A DNA stretch of 52,228 nt from Myxococcota bacterium (GCA_041687695.1 JAWLBL010000040.1:1-52228), one strand, 5' to 3'. Positions 8,719-17,183 are shown, counted from the first letter of the stretch. Notes: generated from the sequence alone by a model not told the origin. Made by a program: numbers and translations.

Positions 8719-9162
8719 ATGGGGACGTCGTTTGTGCACATCGGAGACAAGGGCTTCTGGATGCGAGACGGGGTCCTCGAACTGTGGCTGCGCTTGCTAG
8801 CACTGCACGTCCCGGACCCGGCCGAGCCCGGCACCGTCGCCAGCGCCATCCGCGACCAGTGGTTGCTCGCCTCTCGCGGCTTCTTCACCGGCTGCGTGCC
8901 TCATGGCCTCGATGAAGCGGTCTCCACGCCCGAGGGCGAGGCTGTGGTGCGGTCCGCCATCGGCTCGCTCCTCGCCGCTCTCGACGAGACCCCAAGTCCG
9001 CTCGACAAGAACGTCCTGAACTTGCTCGGCTTCGAGGCGAGATGGGAGCGGGACTTCGACTCGAGCCGATTGGTCGAGGTGGGGCGCGCGTTCATGGATC
9101 TCCTCGACGGCAAGATCACCTCGGACGCGAGGAGCACGGCGTTCATGCCGGGATCACGCTGA
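8719..9162 (+). CDS. Small hypothetical protein, immunity-protein-like
   Basis: Strong AGGAGGAG RBS before ATG 8719; 147 aa MGTSFVHIGDKGFWMRDGVLELWL...; stop immediately followed by a degenerate REP-like hairpin. Confidence 0.7.
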   Translation: MGTSFVHIGDKGFWMRDGVLELWLRLLALHVPDPAEPGTVASAIRDQWLLASRGFFTGCVPHGLDEAVSTPEGEAVVRSAIGSLLAALDETPSPLDKNVLNLLGFEARWERDFDSSRLVEVGRAFMDLLDGKITSDARSTAFMPGSR

Positions 9163-9163
9163 T

Positions 9164-9194
9164 AAAGTCAGGTTAGAGGGCGAGGTCTGACTCC
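9164..9194. repeat. Short degenerate REP-like hairpin (agtcag...ctgact)
   Basis: aaagtcaggttagagggcgaggtctgactcc; termini resemble the GTCAGG.../...CTGACACC ends of the larger hairpins. Confidence 0.4.
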
Positions 9195-9251
9195 AGCGCT
9201 CCAAGGCAATCGTGCGGTGATCCGGGTGAGCCAGTTCGACCCCTCGCCGAG

Positions 9252-9609
9252 TGGTCGAACGTGGGCGCTCGACGTTGGCGGGCTTTCGATCGGCTGGTCG
9301 ACTACCCATCGTTCGGCCTCTGCGGGTCGAAACCGTGGTGGTCGACCATGCCCAGTCGACCCCGCTGAGCCTGCGAACCCCATGGTCGACCATGCCCGTT
9401 CGACCCCGATGAGCCCTCGAACCCCATGGTCGACCATGCCCGTTCGACCCCGATGAGCCTGCGAACCCCGTGGTCGACCACCCGCGCTTGGGCCTGACGG
9501 GGGTCGAAGCATGGTGGTCGACCCCTCGCTGGATGGGGGGCGAGGGGGGCGCACGATGGTCGACCACCCGTGGGGAGGGTCGGAGGGGGTTCGCGCCGGT
9601 GGGCGACCC
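9252..9609. repeat. About 44-bp-period array of the palindrome TGGTCGACCA with partly variable spacers
   Basis: Palindrome or variant starts at 9252, 9295, 9339, 9383, 9427, 9471, 9515, 9557 and (degenerate) 9600; units 3-5 are nearly identical, units 2 and 6 form a second spacer class. Confidence 0.9.
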
Positions 9610-9721
9610 TGCGCCAGTAGCGCTGCGACGTCGCAGGTGGGCTTGACCTCCGCGACCTGCGGTGCAGGATGGACGCGTCACACGCGACGCTTCGCCAACC
9701 CAGCCTTCAAGGAGGAGACCG

Positions 9722-10570
9722 ATGAGCGGGTCCGTGATCGACGAGCAGGACGTGACCGAGGCGGTGATCGCCACCGAGATGGGCGCGCCCTATGAAGAGG
9801 CCAAGGCCCATCAGGCCTGGAAGACCGCCGAGAGCGACGCGCGCGCCTTGAGCGCCTCGGACATCGGCGTCATCAATGCCAACCCGGCCTCGGCGGCGTT
9901 CCAGGCCATGAAGGTCTATCGCGCCGCCAGCGAGCAGGGCGTGTTCGCGCGCTTCTCGCGGCTGCCGCCCGAGGAGTTCGACATCGGGCACGTCGGGCGC
10001 CAGAAGACCTACGGCTGGGCGCTTCTGTACGTGCAGCGCAAGGCGACCGGCGAGTCGATGCGTTCCAGCAGCGCACAGGTGCCGCCCAAGATCGTCTCGG
10101 CCGCCCTGGAGCTGCGTCGCGGGATGATCAAGGTCGTCGACTACCACCTGGGCGACGACCCGGTCATCGCCAACGAGCTGACCGGGATCCGCGCCGGCTC
10201 GGGCCACGTCGACACGGCCAACGACCTGGCCGAGCTGGCCGACCTCTACGAGACGCACTACGCGCTCCTCTCGCTCGACAAGCGCCACTTCCGGGCCCAG
10301 GACACCGCCGAGGCCCGGCGCCTCTCCGACGCGATCTACGACCACCTCGGCCGCTCGGCCGAGATCCGCGAGTGGCTCGAGGCGCGCAACCGCGTCTTCG
10401 CCCTGCTCAAGCGCTCCCACGCCGAGGTCCTGGCCGCGGCCTCCTTCCTCTTCCGCAACGAGCCCCACCAGCTCGCCCGCTTCCCCTCCCTCTACACGGC
10501 GCCCGCCAAGCCCAAGCCCTTCTCCCCGGCCGAGCCGCCCAGCGCTCCGGCCGAGCCCTCGCCCGCCTGA
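9722..10570 (+). CDS. Uncharacterised, probably all-helical protein of myxobacterial type
   Basis: AAGGAGGAG RBS; host-like codon usage; IRAGSGHVDTANDLAELA...RNRVFALL...FLF...FPSLY pattern; Pro-rich tail. Confidence 0.8.
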   Translation: MSGSVIDEQDVTEAVIATEMGAPYEEAKAHQAWKTAESDARALSASDIGVINANPASAAFQAMKVYRAASEQGVFARFSRLPPEEFDIGHVGRQKTYGWALLYVQRKATGESMRSSSAQVPPKIVSAALELRRGMIKVVDYHLGDDPVIANELTGIRAGSGHVDTANDLAELADLYETHYALLSLDKRHFRAQDTAEARRLSDAIYDHLGRSAEIREWLEARNRVFALLKRSHAEVLAAASFLFRNEPHQLARFPSLYTAPAKPKPFSPAEPPSAPAEPSPA

Positions 10571-10715
10571 CCTCTCGCGGCGGTCCTGCCTCTCGCAGGA
10601 CCGCCGCGTCGGAACTGCTATGCGATTCGAGAGATGTCGCCGAGTGCAGCGCCACGGTTCTCGTTGCGGAGTCGCCAATGACGCCAAGGCACCGTTCGCG
10701 GTCGAGGGCAGTCTG

Positions 10716-11096
10716 ATGCTGCATCTGCGTCGCTTCGCGAGAGAAGTGCGACGCGCACTTCGCGCGATGCGCTACATCATCATCGGCTCTTTCGCGCTGG
10801 CGACGTTGGCCCCTCGTGGCACCGACACCGACATCCGAGAGCTGGCTTGGCTCATGGCCGTCTCCGGCTGGGTCATCATCCTCATCACATGGTTCTCCTT
10901 CAACCCAGGGTCGACGCGGAGGCTCACAGCCTCGATCGGTTGGGCCGCCTCGACTCTCACCGTCATCAGCTTCTTCGAGAGACATGGGTTCTTCACGGCC
11001 TTGCCCTTCATCGCGCTGGCCGCAAGTAGCTGCCTACTATGGCTTTGGCTTGGGCGAAGGATGGCAACCGCTGACAGCCATGTCCTCGGAGAGTGA
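10716..11096 (+). CDS. Small membrane protein (about 4 TM), possible membrane immunity protein
   Basis: Four hydrophobic stretches, atypical codon usage, start uncertain (10716 or 10767); stop directly followed by a repeat stutter. Confidence 0.55.
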   Translation: MLHLRRFAREVRRALRAMRYIIIGSFALATLAPRGTDTDIRELAWLMAVSGWVIILITWFSFNPGSTRRLTASIGWAASTLTVISFFERHGFFTALPFIALAASSCLLWLWLGRRMATADSHVLGE

Positions 11097-11098
11097 AC

Positions 11099-11181
11099 CA
11101 GAGGAATCAGAGGAATCAGAGGTGCGGTTCCCCACTCCTACTTCGCAGACCAAGACGCGGAGGTGGGAACCCTGCCACGTC
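11099..11181. repeat. Degenerate REP-like hairpin preceded by (cagaggaat)x2 stutter
   Basis: aggtgcggttccccactcc ... ggaggtgggaaccctgccacgt; arms resemble the AGGTGTCAGGGTT / AACCCTGACACCT family. Confidence 0.55.
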
Positions 11182-11237
11182 CCTGCGAAGGCTCCGTCAG
11201 CGCGCGGACGCGGCGGGCGTCGGGTGTAGGAAGGTGT

Positions 11238-11308
11238 AGGTGTCAGGGTTCGCCATCTCCCAATTAATTCCGGTGGCGCAAAGTGGGAAATGGGGAACCC
11301 TGACACCT
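11238..11308. repeat. REP/REPIN-like hairpin, AGGTGTCAGGGTT family
   Basis: aggtgtcagggttcgccatctccca (11238-11262) and tgggaaatggggaaccctgacacct (11284-11308): 23/25 inverted match; preceded by a ggtgtagg stutter. Confidence 0.9.
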
Positions 11309-11346
11309 CTGGTTTGAAGTCCGCACCGCAAAGGTAGGCACAGCCC

Positions 11347-11679
11347 ATGTCGGAGAATCAACACTGGCAGCGTATGAAGGCGAGGTATGCCGAGTTTCTG
11401 GTCTCGGTTCACCTTTCCTCGCTCGATCCTGATCACGTTCCCGAAGCCCTACGGGAATACATTCCGTTTGCGGCGGTCTGGGGGATCGCAGATGACGTCG
11501 AACGTGACTCGCTCATTGAGCGAGCGCCCGTCGAGGCGAAGGAGGATCTGATTGCGATAGTCGAACGCATCGACGACGAACTGGACAAGTGGCTCGCTGG
11601 CCCAGAGGCTGACAGTCCGACCCCATCGTCCGAGTATGTAGCGTTCTCGGCGATGCGCATGGCAGCCGATTGCATCTGA
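11347..11679 (+). CDS. Small acidic hypothetical protein, immunity-protein-like
   Basis: 110 aa, LDPDHVPEALREYIPFAAVWGIADDVER...WL...EYVAF; A/T-richer codons; sits exactly between two hairpins. Confidence 0.7.
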   Translation: MSENQHWQRMKARYAEFLVSVHLSSLDPDHVPEALREYIPFAAVWGIADDVERDSLIERAPVEAKEDLIAIVERIDDELDKWLAGPEADSPTPSSEYVAFSAMRMAADCI

Positions 11680-11691
11680 CGCGCGGGCCCC

Positions 11692-11786
11692 AGGGGTCAA
11701 GTCCCAACTTGCAAACAACTCGAGTGCAGACGGTTGGTTACGGGAGGTGCATGATGAAGAAGTATGCAAGTTGGGACTTGACCCCT
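11692..11786. repeat. REPIN/MITE-like element made of two inverted copies of the RAYT end motif
   Basis: Perfect 22-bp inverted repeat aggggtcaagtcccaacttgca (11692-11713) / tgcaagttgggacttgacccct (11765-11786); 11691-11720 matches the reverse complement of 1118-1147 at 29/30. Confidence 0.92.
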
Positions 11787-11916
11787 ACGCTCCCGTCCGC
11801 CTCGTGCGCCCCGGTTGGGAGCGGGACGCTGGGTCTGGACACCTACCGCGAGCTGTTCACGGCGCCTGGGGCCGAGTTCTTCATGGAGCCGAGCGAGGAT
11901 CGACACCGAGAAGAGT

Positions 11917-12055
11917 AGGTGTCAGGGTTTCTCATATTCCAGGGGAAAGGGGTCAGGACCAATCACTTGATCCCTGTGAGACCCAGGTGTCAGGGGTCAT
12001 CACTTTTCACTTTCGGGTCCGGCGGAAAATGGAATGTGACGAACCCTGACACCTG
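11917..12055. repeat. Cluster of REP-like arms and a 31-bp hairpin (AGGTGTCAGGG family)
   Basis: Half site aggtgtcagggtttctcat at 11917, ggggtcagg at 11949, then inverted repeat 11984-12014 / 12025-12055 (26/31); further gacctgacccg at 12103. Confidence 0.85.
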
Positions 12056-12221
12056 AACTACGGAGAGGCCACGTGCAGCTGAGGCGAAGTGAAACATGAA
12101 ACGACCTGACCCGTGCACCCTTGATCGCTCCCTTCAGAGAGGCGCCGCTATCCGGAGGCGGCCCAGCTCAGACGCACGCGGCCGCTGACGGCCCAGTTCC
12201 GGACCCGACGAGGAGCGAACA

Positions 12222-12698
12222 GTGGTCATTGTCGTCGTTCAGCACCGCGGTGAATGGCTATGGTTTCGAAGTGACCCCGAGTACTGGATTCTCGACCAAC
12301 GGAAGTGGGTCGCAGCGTTCAGGAGTGCTGGCTTCCAGTTGGCCGATTACGACTTCTCGGAACGCTTTGACATTCCCGTAGTAGACCAGGGGACGGTGGA
12401 CGCGTTTGTTGCTAAGATGGCGTCATTCTCCGTTTCGAAGGCGCAGCTAGCAGCCGATTTCCTCGAGGCTGAGGCCGCAGCCGGAGATTGGTTAGATGTT
12501 GCGGACGCATTGCCGGTGTTGTTCGTGGACTTCGACAACGAGAGACTCTGGTCGCTGGATTCCGAGAGTTCTACATTCGAGGAGTGTGTTCCAGACGGCT
12601 GGCGAGGCGAGTACGAGGACTTCCTGGGTGAAATCCCCATGGAGCAGAGGTACTGGTTCAAGGGTGGTCGGGACCTGTTGAGCCGATTTCTACCGTAG
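12222..12698 (+). CDS. Hypothetical protein, immunity-protein-like
   Basis: GAGGAG RBS, GTG start; WILD...ERFDIPVV...PVLFVDFD...FEECVPDGWRGEYEDF...IP...YW pattern; noticeably A/T-richer than host genes. Confidence 0.75.
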   Translation: MVIVVVQHRGEWLWFRSDPEYWILDQRKWVAAFRSAGFQLADYDFSERFDIPVVDQGTVDAFVAKMASFSVSKAQLAADFLEAEAAAGDWLDVADALPVLFVDFDNERLWSLDSESSTFEECVPDGWRGEYEDFLGEIPMEQRYWFKGGRDLLSRFLP

Positions 12699-12853
12699 TG
12701 GCCAATGAATCGCAGAGACGCGGTCGCCTCCCGGCGGCCACCTCCTGACACGTCGAAACGCTTCGCCGAGGGTGGTCCGTGCGGATTCACTGACGCGATT
12801 CGTGTGGGCCCGTGGGCGAGTATCGAAACAGGCCCACCTGAGACCGTTGAACC

Positions 12854-14200
12854 TCAGCGTTCGCCGGGCAGGTCGAAGATTTCCATCAAGCTTGGGAAGC
12901 CCGGTTCGCGGGGGTCTTCCTGGGCGGGGTCGTAGGGTTCGGTCCAGGATTGGCCGTCGGTGAGGCCGGAGCGGAGGAGGCCCTGGAGGCCCTGGCCGTT
13001 CGCGTGGACGAAGCTGCAGTCGATGGGGGGCGTGCTGGCGACCAGGCGTTCGAGGGCGAAGATGGCCTCCCGCAGGCCGACCCGAGGCGCGCCGTAGGCG
13101 TAGTATTCGGGACCCGACTCTCCGAGGCTGGCGTGGATGGTGCCGCCCGACTTGCGGTCGCGGAAGATGAAGAGGTCGCCGGAGCGTCGGTCGGGAGGGC
13201 CGTAGAGGGCGGCCAGACGGCAGGCGAAGTCGACCGGGTCGAGCTTGGCCGGGTCGTCCACCTCGTAGTCGTCGTCGAGATCCCAGCGCACGGCGAAGTA
13301 GACCTCGTCTTCGGCCGGGGGGACGGTGAGCGACGGGATCCCAGGCTCGGAGCGTGAATCCTGGATGATGCGCTCGAGGATGGAACGCTCGAGGACGCGC
13401 TCGAAGCGCGAGGGAGGAGGCGGCGGGCCGGTCAGGTCGCCGCTCGCGGCGGCCATGGCGGCCGTTGACGCCTCGAGCGCTTGCGGAAGCCTCCACGTGA
13501 GGGCGAAGATCACGGCGAGCGAGACTGCGACGTAGGACGCCAGGGCACGGGGGTTGGCGTGGAAGGCCCAGGGGCGCGCTTCGCGACGTCGGGTGGCTGG
13601 GATCCGACGGTAGTCTCGCCAGGCCGCGGCACGCATTTCGGCGGCGGCTCGAGTGTCGCCGTGGGCATCGAGGGCGTCGGCGAGCAGGACCTTGGCCTCG
13701 ATGGAAGACGGCTGGGCGACGAGGGACGCCTCGAGGGCCCGGCATGCGGCCGCTGCGTCCTGGCAAGCGAGCCGGCCGCGGCCGAGCTCGAGGTCGATGG
13801 CGCCCGGTGGCCTGCGCAGGCCCAGGGTGCGCGCGCGCTCCATGGCCGTCTCGGCGCGGTCCCGCTGCCCGGCGCCGAACGCGGCCCTTCCGATGAGGAA
13901 CGCGGTCTCGGCGTCGGCGTCCCCGTCGTCGACGTGGGGCTCGAGCAGCTGGAGCGCCTGCTCCGGCTGTCCGATGTCTTCGAGCGCCTCGGCAAGCGCT
14001 AGCCGGGTGCGGGCGAGGGGGGCCGCGGCCAGGTGCCGCCTCAGGGCGGAGATCCGCGCCAGCGAGCGCCAGTGGTCGAGCGGGCTGGGGAGCAGCCGCC
14101 AGGTCAGCTGGTCGACGATCCACCAGACGACGAGCAGCGAGACGAGCGCCGCGAGCGGGTCCCCGAAGAGCAGCCAGAGGATGTATTGGGTGGGGTTCAC
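12854..14200 (-). CDS. Membrane-anchored TPR-repeat protein
   Basis: N-terminal hydrophobic helix, several TPR-like helices (LAEALEDIGQPEQA, ELGRGRL, AKVLLADAL), second TM segment, unknown C-terminal domain. Confidence 0.7.
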   Translation of the reverse strand: MNPTQYILWLLFGDPLAALVSLLVVWWIVDQLTWRLLPSPLDHWRSLARISALRRHLAAAPLARTRLALAEALEDIGQPEQALQLLEPHVDDGDADAETAFLIGRAAFGAGQRDRAETAMERARTLGLRRPPGAIDLELGRGRLACQDAAAACRALEASLVAQPSSIEAKVLLADALDAHGDTRAAAEMRAAAWRDYRRIPATRRREARPWAFHANPRALASYVAVSLAVIFALTWRLPQALEASTAAMAAASGDLTGPPPPPSRFERVLERSILERIIQDSRSEPGIPSLTVPPAEDEVYFAVRWDLDDDYEVDDPAKLDPVDFACRLAALYGPPDRRSGDLFIFRDRKSGGTIHASLGESGPEYYAYGAPRVGLREAIFALERLVASTPPIDCSFVHANGQGLQGLLRSGLTDGQSWTEPYDPAQEDPREPGFPSLMEIFDLPGER

Positions 14201-14213
14201 GCGCGTCAGGAGG

Positions 14214-14774
14214 CTACTTCTTGCGCGGGACGACCAGCTGGTAGGGCTGGAACTCGCAGAACATCTGGACGGGAGCGTAGAGGATCTCGGGGGCCTTGGG
14301 GGCGCCGGGCTCCTTGAAGAAGGTCACGCCCTTGTAGGCGCCGGCGGAGGTGACCTCGTTGACGCCCAGGACGCGGGGGAGGCCGTACTTGACGTAGCGC
14401 TTGCCGAGCAGGCGGACCTCCTTGCTGTCCTTGTACCAGGGCTGCTCCTTGGCGTAGGGGCCGCCGACGTGAACGCCCTGGTACGTGGCGTACTCGACCG
14501 TGACGGTCTTGCCCTCGTGCTCGAAGGTCGCCTTGCCGGTGGCGCTGTCGTAGTCGGCCTTGGCCTCGACGAGCTTGCCCTTGTGGACGTAGCAGACCGA
14601 GACCTTCCTGAGCGCCGGGACCGGAGGCTTGGCCGGGGGCGGGGCGGGCGCCTTGGACGGAGGCGCAGGCGCGTCCTGCGCGGCCGGAGCGGGCGCGGGC
14701 TCGCTGGCGAGCAGCGGGGCGGCGGGGGCGGTCACGAGGGCGAGGGTCGCGAAGAGGCCGGCGAGGCGTCGCAT
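14214..14774 (-). CDS. Secreted hypothetical protein
   Basis: Signal peptide MRRLAGLFATLALVTA, Pro/Ala linker, YVKYGLPRVL...FQPY domain; GC3-rich codons. Confidence 0.8.
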   Translation of the reverse strand: MRRLAGLFATLALVTAPAAPLLASEPAPAPAAQDAPAPPSKAPAPPPAKPPVPALRKVSVCYVHKGKLVEAKADYDSATGKATFEHEGKTVTVEYATYQGVHVGGPYAKEQPWYKDSKEVRLLGKRYVKYGLPRVLGVNEVTSAGAYKGVTFFKEPGAPKAPEILYAPVQMFCEFQPYQLVVPRKK

Positions 14775-14884
14775 GGGAGGCTCCTGGGGCGGGGCTGGAG
14801 GACGCGCCGACGATACAGCGTGTCTCCACGGGGCGCCATCCCCCTCAGGGCGCGGTGGCAGGGCCGTTGCTGTTCATGGCGCCG

Positions 14885-15300
14885 GGGTGGCCGGCGCGGT
14901 CCATGGCGCGGGAGTTGCGAGGGTGTCGTGACGATGCTGGCGAAGGTGGCCCTGGAGTGCTCCAGCTTGCTGGAGCCCGGGTACCGGCGGCTTGCCGCCG
15001 GGATCTGGCCGCCAACCCGGCGCAGCAAGCTGCGCCGAATCGTGGCTCCGGCAAGCCGGAGCACTCCGGGAGGGCTCTTGCGAGACCCGGGTGGCCGGCG
15101 CGGTTCATGGCGCCGGCGTTGCGTGGGTGTGGTGACGATGCCGGCGAAGGTGGCCCTGGAGTGCTCCAGCTTGCTGGAGCCCGGGTACCGGCGGCTTGCC
15201 GCCGGGATCTGGCCGCCAACCCGGCGCAGCAAGCTGCGCCGAATCGGGGCTCCGGCAAGCCGGAGCACTCCGGGAGGGCTCGTGCGAGACCCGGGTGGCC
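14885..15300. repeat. Two tandem 204-bp units, each containing a TGGAGTGC...GCACTCC REPIN-like element with four nested hairpins
   Basis: ctggagtgc at 14952 and 15156; internal hairpins gctccagcttgctggagc, cggcggcttgccgccg, cggcgcagcaagctgcgccg, gctccggcaagccggagc; intergenic. Confidence 0.9.
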
Positions 15301-15363
15301 GTTGCGAAGTCCACAGCGCCGGCTTGGCCGGCGCGGTCCAGAGCGTCGCTGGTCACGGGCCGG

Positions 15364-15789
15364 TCAGGAGGTCAGGCGCGCCTCGAGGGTGATGTCGACG
15401 CCCGCGAGGGCCTTCGAGACCGGGCAGTTGGCCTTCGCCTCGTCGGCGATGCGCTGGAACTCGCCGGGGTCGAGGCTCGGGACGTGGGCCTCGCAGACGA
15501 GGTGGCTCTTGGAGATTCGGAAGCCGCCGTCGTGCGGGCCGACGGTCACGTGGGCCGTGACGTCGACGTACTCGGGGTCGTGGCCGGCCTGGCCCAGCGC
15601 CAGCGCCAGCGCCATCGAGAAGCAACCGGCGTGGGCGGCCGCGAGGAGCTCCTCGGGGTTGGTCCCGGGGGCCTCCTCGAAGCGCGACCCGAACGAGTAG
15701 GCGCCCTCGAAGGCGCCGCGGCCGAAGTCCATCCGGCCCCGGCCCTGCTTGGCCCCCTCCCAGCGCGCGTGCGCCTTGCGTGTCGGCAT
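15364..15789 (-). CDS. osmC: OsmC family peroxiredoxin
   Basis: MPTRKAHARWEG, SRFEE.PGTNPEELLAAAHAGCFSMAL, AKANCPVSKAL; GGAGG RBS. Confidence 0.95.
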   Translation of the reverse strand: MPTRKAHARWEGAKQGRGRMDFGRGAFEGAYSFGSRFEEAPGTNPEELLAAAHAGCFSMALALALGQAGHDPEYVDVTAHVTVGPHDGGFRISKSHLVCEAHVPSLDPGEFQRIADEAKANCPVSKALAGVDITLEARLTS

Positions 15790-16031
15790 CTCGCTTCCTC
15801 CGTGAAAGACCAGGGTGCGAACGGGGTGCCTGACCCGTCCAGTCGGCACCGATGAGCCCCGCTGCAAGTCTGGAGCGGGGGGCACGGCGGCGCTGACAGG
15901 GGCGGCGTGGTGGGGTAGGGTCCGCCCCATGATGTTCGCGCTCTGAACCCCACACAGGCCCGGCGTGTCCGGGCCCCGAGACCGCGTCGGGTGAGCCGCC
16001 TTCCAGGCGCGCCCCCGCGCCTGGAGTCATC

Positions 16032-17150
16032 ATGTCCAAGCTCGAAGACGGGCTCGTCGAGTCCGTCGCGGCGGTGGCCGCGTCCCATGCCGCCGTGGTC
16101 GACGGCGGCGCCTTTCCCAACGCGTCCCTGGCCGCTGCGCGAGAGGCCGGCCTGCTGGGGCTGGTCTCCAGCGCCGAGGTCGGCGGGGCGGGGGCCGGCC
16201 TTGCCGAGGCCAGCCAGGTCGTCGAGCGGCTCGCGCGCGAGTGCGGGTCGACGGCGATGGTCCTGTGCATGCACTACTGCGGCGCCGCCATCATCGAGGC
16301 CCTGGGGCCGCGCGAGGTGCGCGAGGCCATCGCGGCCGGGCGGCACCTGACGACGCTGGCGTTCTCGGAGGCCGGCTCGCGCAGCCACTTCTGGGCCCCG
16401 GTCGGCACCGCGGCGGCGGCCGGCGAGGCGGTCGTGTTGAACGCCCGCAAGAGCTGGGTGACGTCCAGCCGCCACGCCGACAGCTACGTGTGGTCGAGCC
16501 GGCCGCTGGCCGGTGACGAGGCGAGCAGCCTGTGGCTGGTTCCGCGCGACACCGCCGGGCTGCGGGTGGCCGACGCCGGCTTCGACGGGCTGGGCCTGCG
16601 CGGCAACGACTCGAGCCCGGTGACGGCCGAGGACGCGCGCGTCCCGGCGAGCGCGCGCCTGGGCGACGACGGCGGCGGCTTCGGCGCGATGATGGGGACC
16701 GTCCTGCCGTGGTTCTGCGTCCTGAACGCGTCGATCTCGGCCGGCTTCATGGAGGCCGCCACGACCCGCGCGGCCGCCCACGTCGCCGGCACGGGCTTTG
16801 CGCACTCGGGGACGACGTTGGCGGACCTGCCGACCGTGCGGGCGTACGTGGCGCGGATGCGCATCGCGACCGACATGGCCAAGGCGCTGGTCGCCGACAC
16901 CGTCGCCGCGATCGCGGCGGGGCGTGAGGACGCGATGCTGCGGGTGCTCGAGAGCAAGGCCGCGGCGGGCGAGGCCGCGACGCAGGTGGGCGACCTGGCC
17001 ATGCGTGTGTGCGGCGGGGCGGCCTTCCGCAAGGAGGTCGGCGTCGAGCGGGTCTTCCGCGACTCGCGCGCCGCGCTCGTCATGGGGCCCACCACCGACG
17101 TGCTCTACGACTTCATCGGCAAGGCCGTCTGCGGCCTGCCGCTGTTCTGA
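16032..17150 (+). CDS. Acyl-CoA dehydrogenase family flavoprotein
   Basis: CGSTAMVLCMH, LAFSEAGSRSHFWAP, LNARKSWVTS, GLRGNDS, MRVCGGAAF, ERVFRD. Confidence 0.9.
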   Translation: MSKLEDGLVESVAAVAASHAAVVDGGAFPNASLAAAREAGLLGLVSSAEVGGAGAGLAEASQVVERLARECGSTAMVLCMHYCGAAIIEALGPREVREAIAAGRHLTTLAFSEAGSRSHFWAPVGTAAAAGEAVVLNARKSWVTSSRHADSYVWSSRPLAGDEASSLWLVPRDTAGLRVADAGFDGLGLRGNDSSPVTAEDARVPASARLGDDGGGFGAMMGTVLPWFCVLNASISAGFMEAATTRAAAHVAGTGFAHSGTTLADLPTVRAYVARMRIATDMAKALVADTVAAIAAGREDAMLRVLESKAAAGEAATQVGDLAMRVCGGAAFRKEVGVERVFRDSRAALVMGPTTDVLYDFIGKAVCGLPLF

Positions 17151-17183
17151 ACACCCACCGAAACCGACGAGCAGGAGCCCCAC

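Noticed and set aside
9252..9609. CRISPR array
   Set aside because: Conserved part is only about 10 bp, central spacers are near-identical, and no cas genes are in the window.
10600..12760. Classical integron with attC sites
   Set aside because: No tyrosine-recombinase integrase in the window, and hairpin ends are GGGGTCA/GGTGTCA rather than RYYYAAC...GTTRRRY.
14732..15392. Repeat-containing proteins across the 204-bp tandem repeat
   Set aside because: Open frames on both strands follow from GC-rich palindromic DNA with a period divisible by 3; no RBS or domain support.
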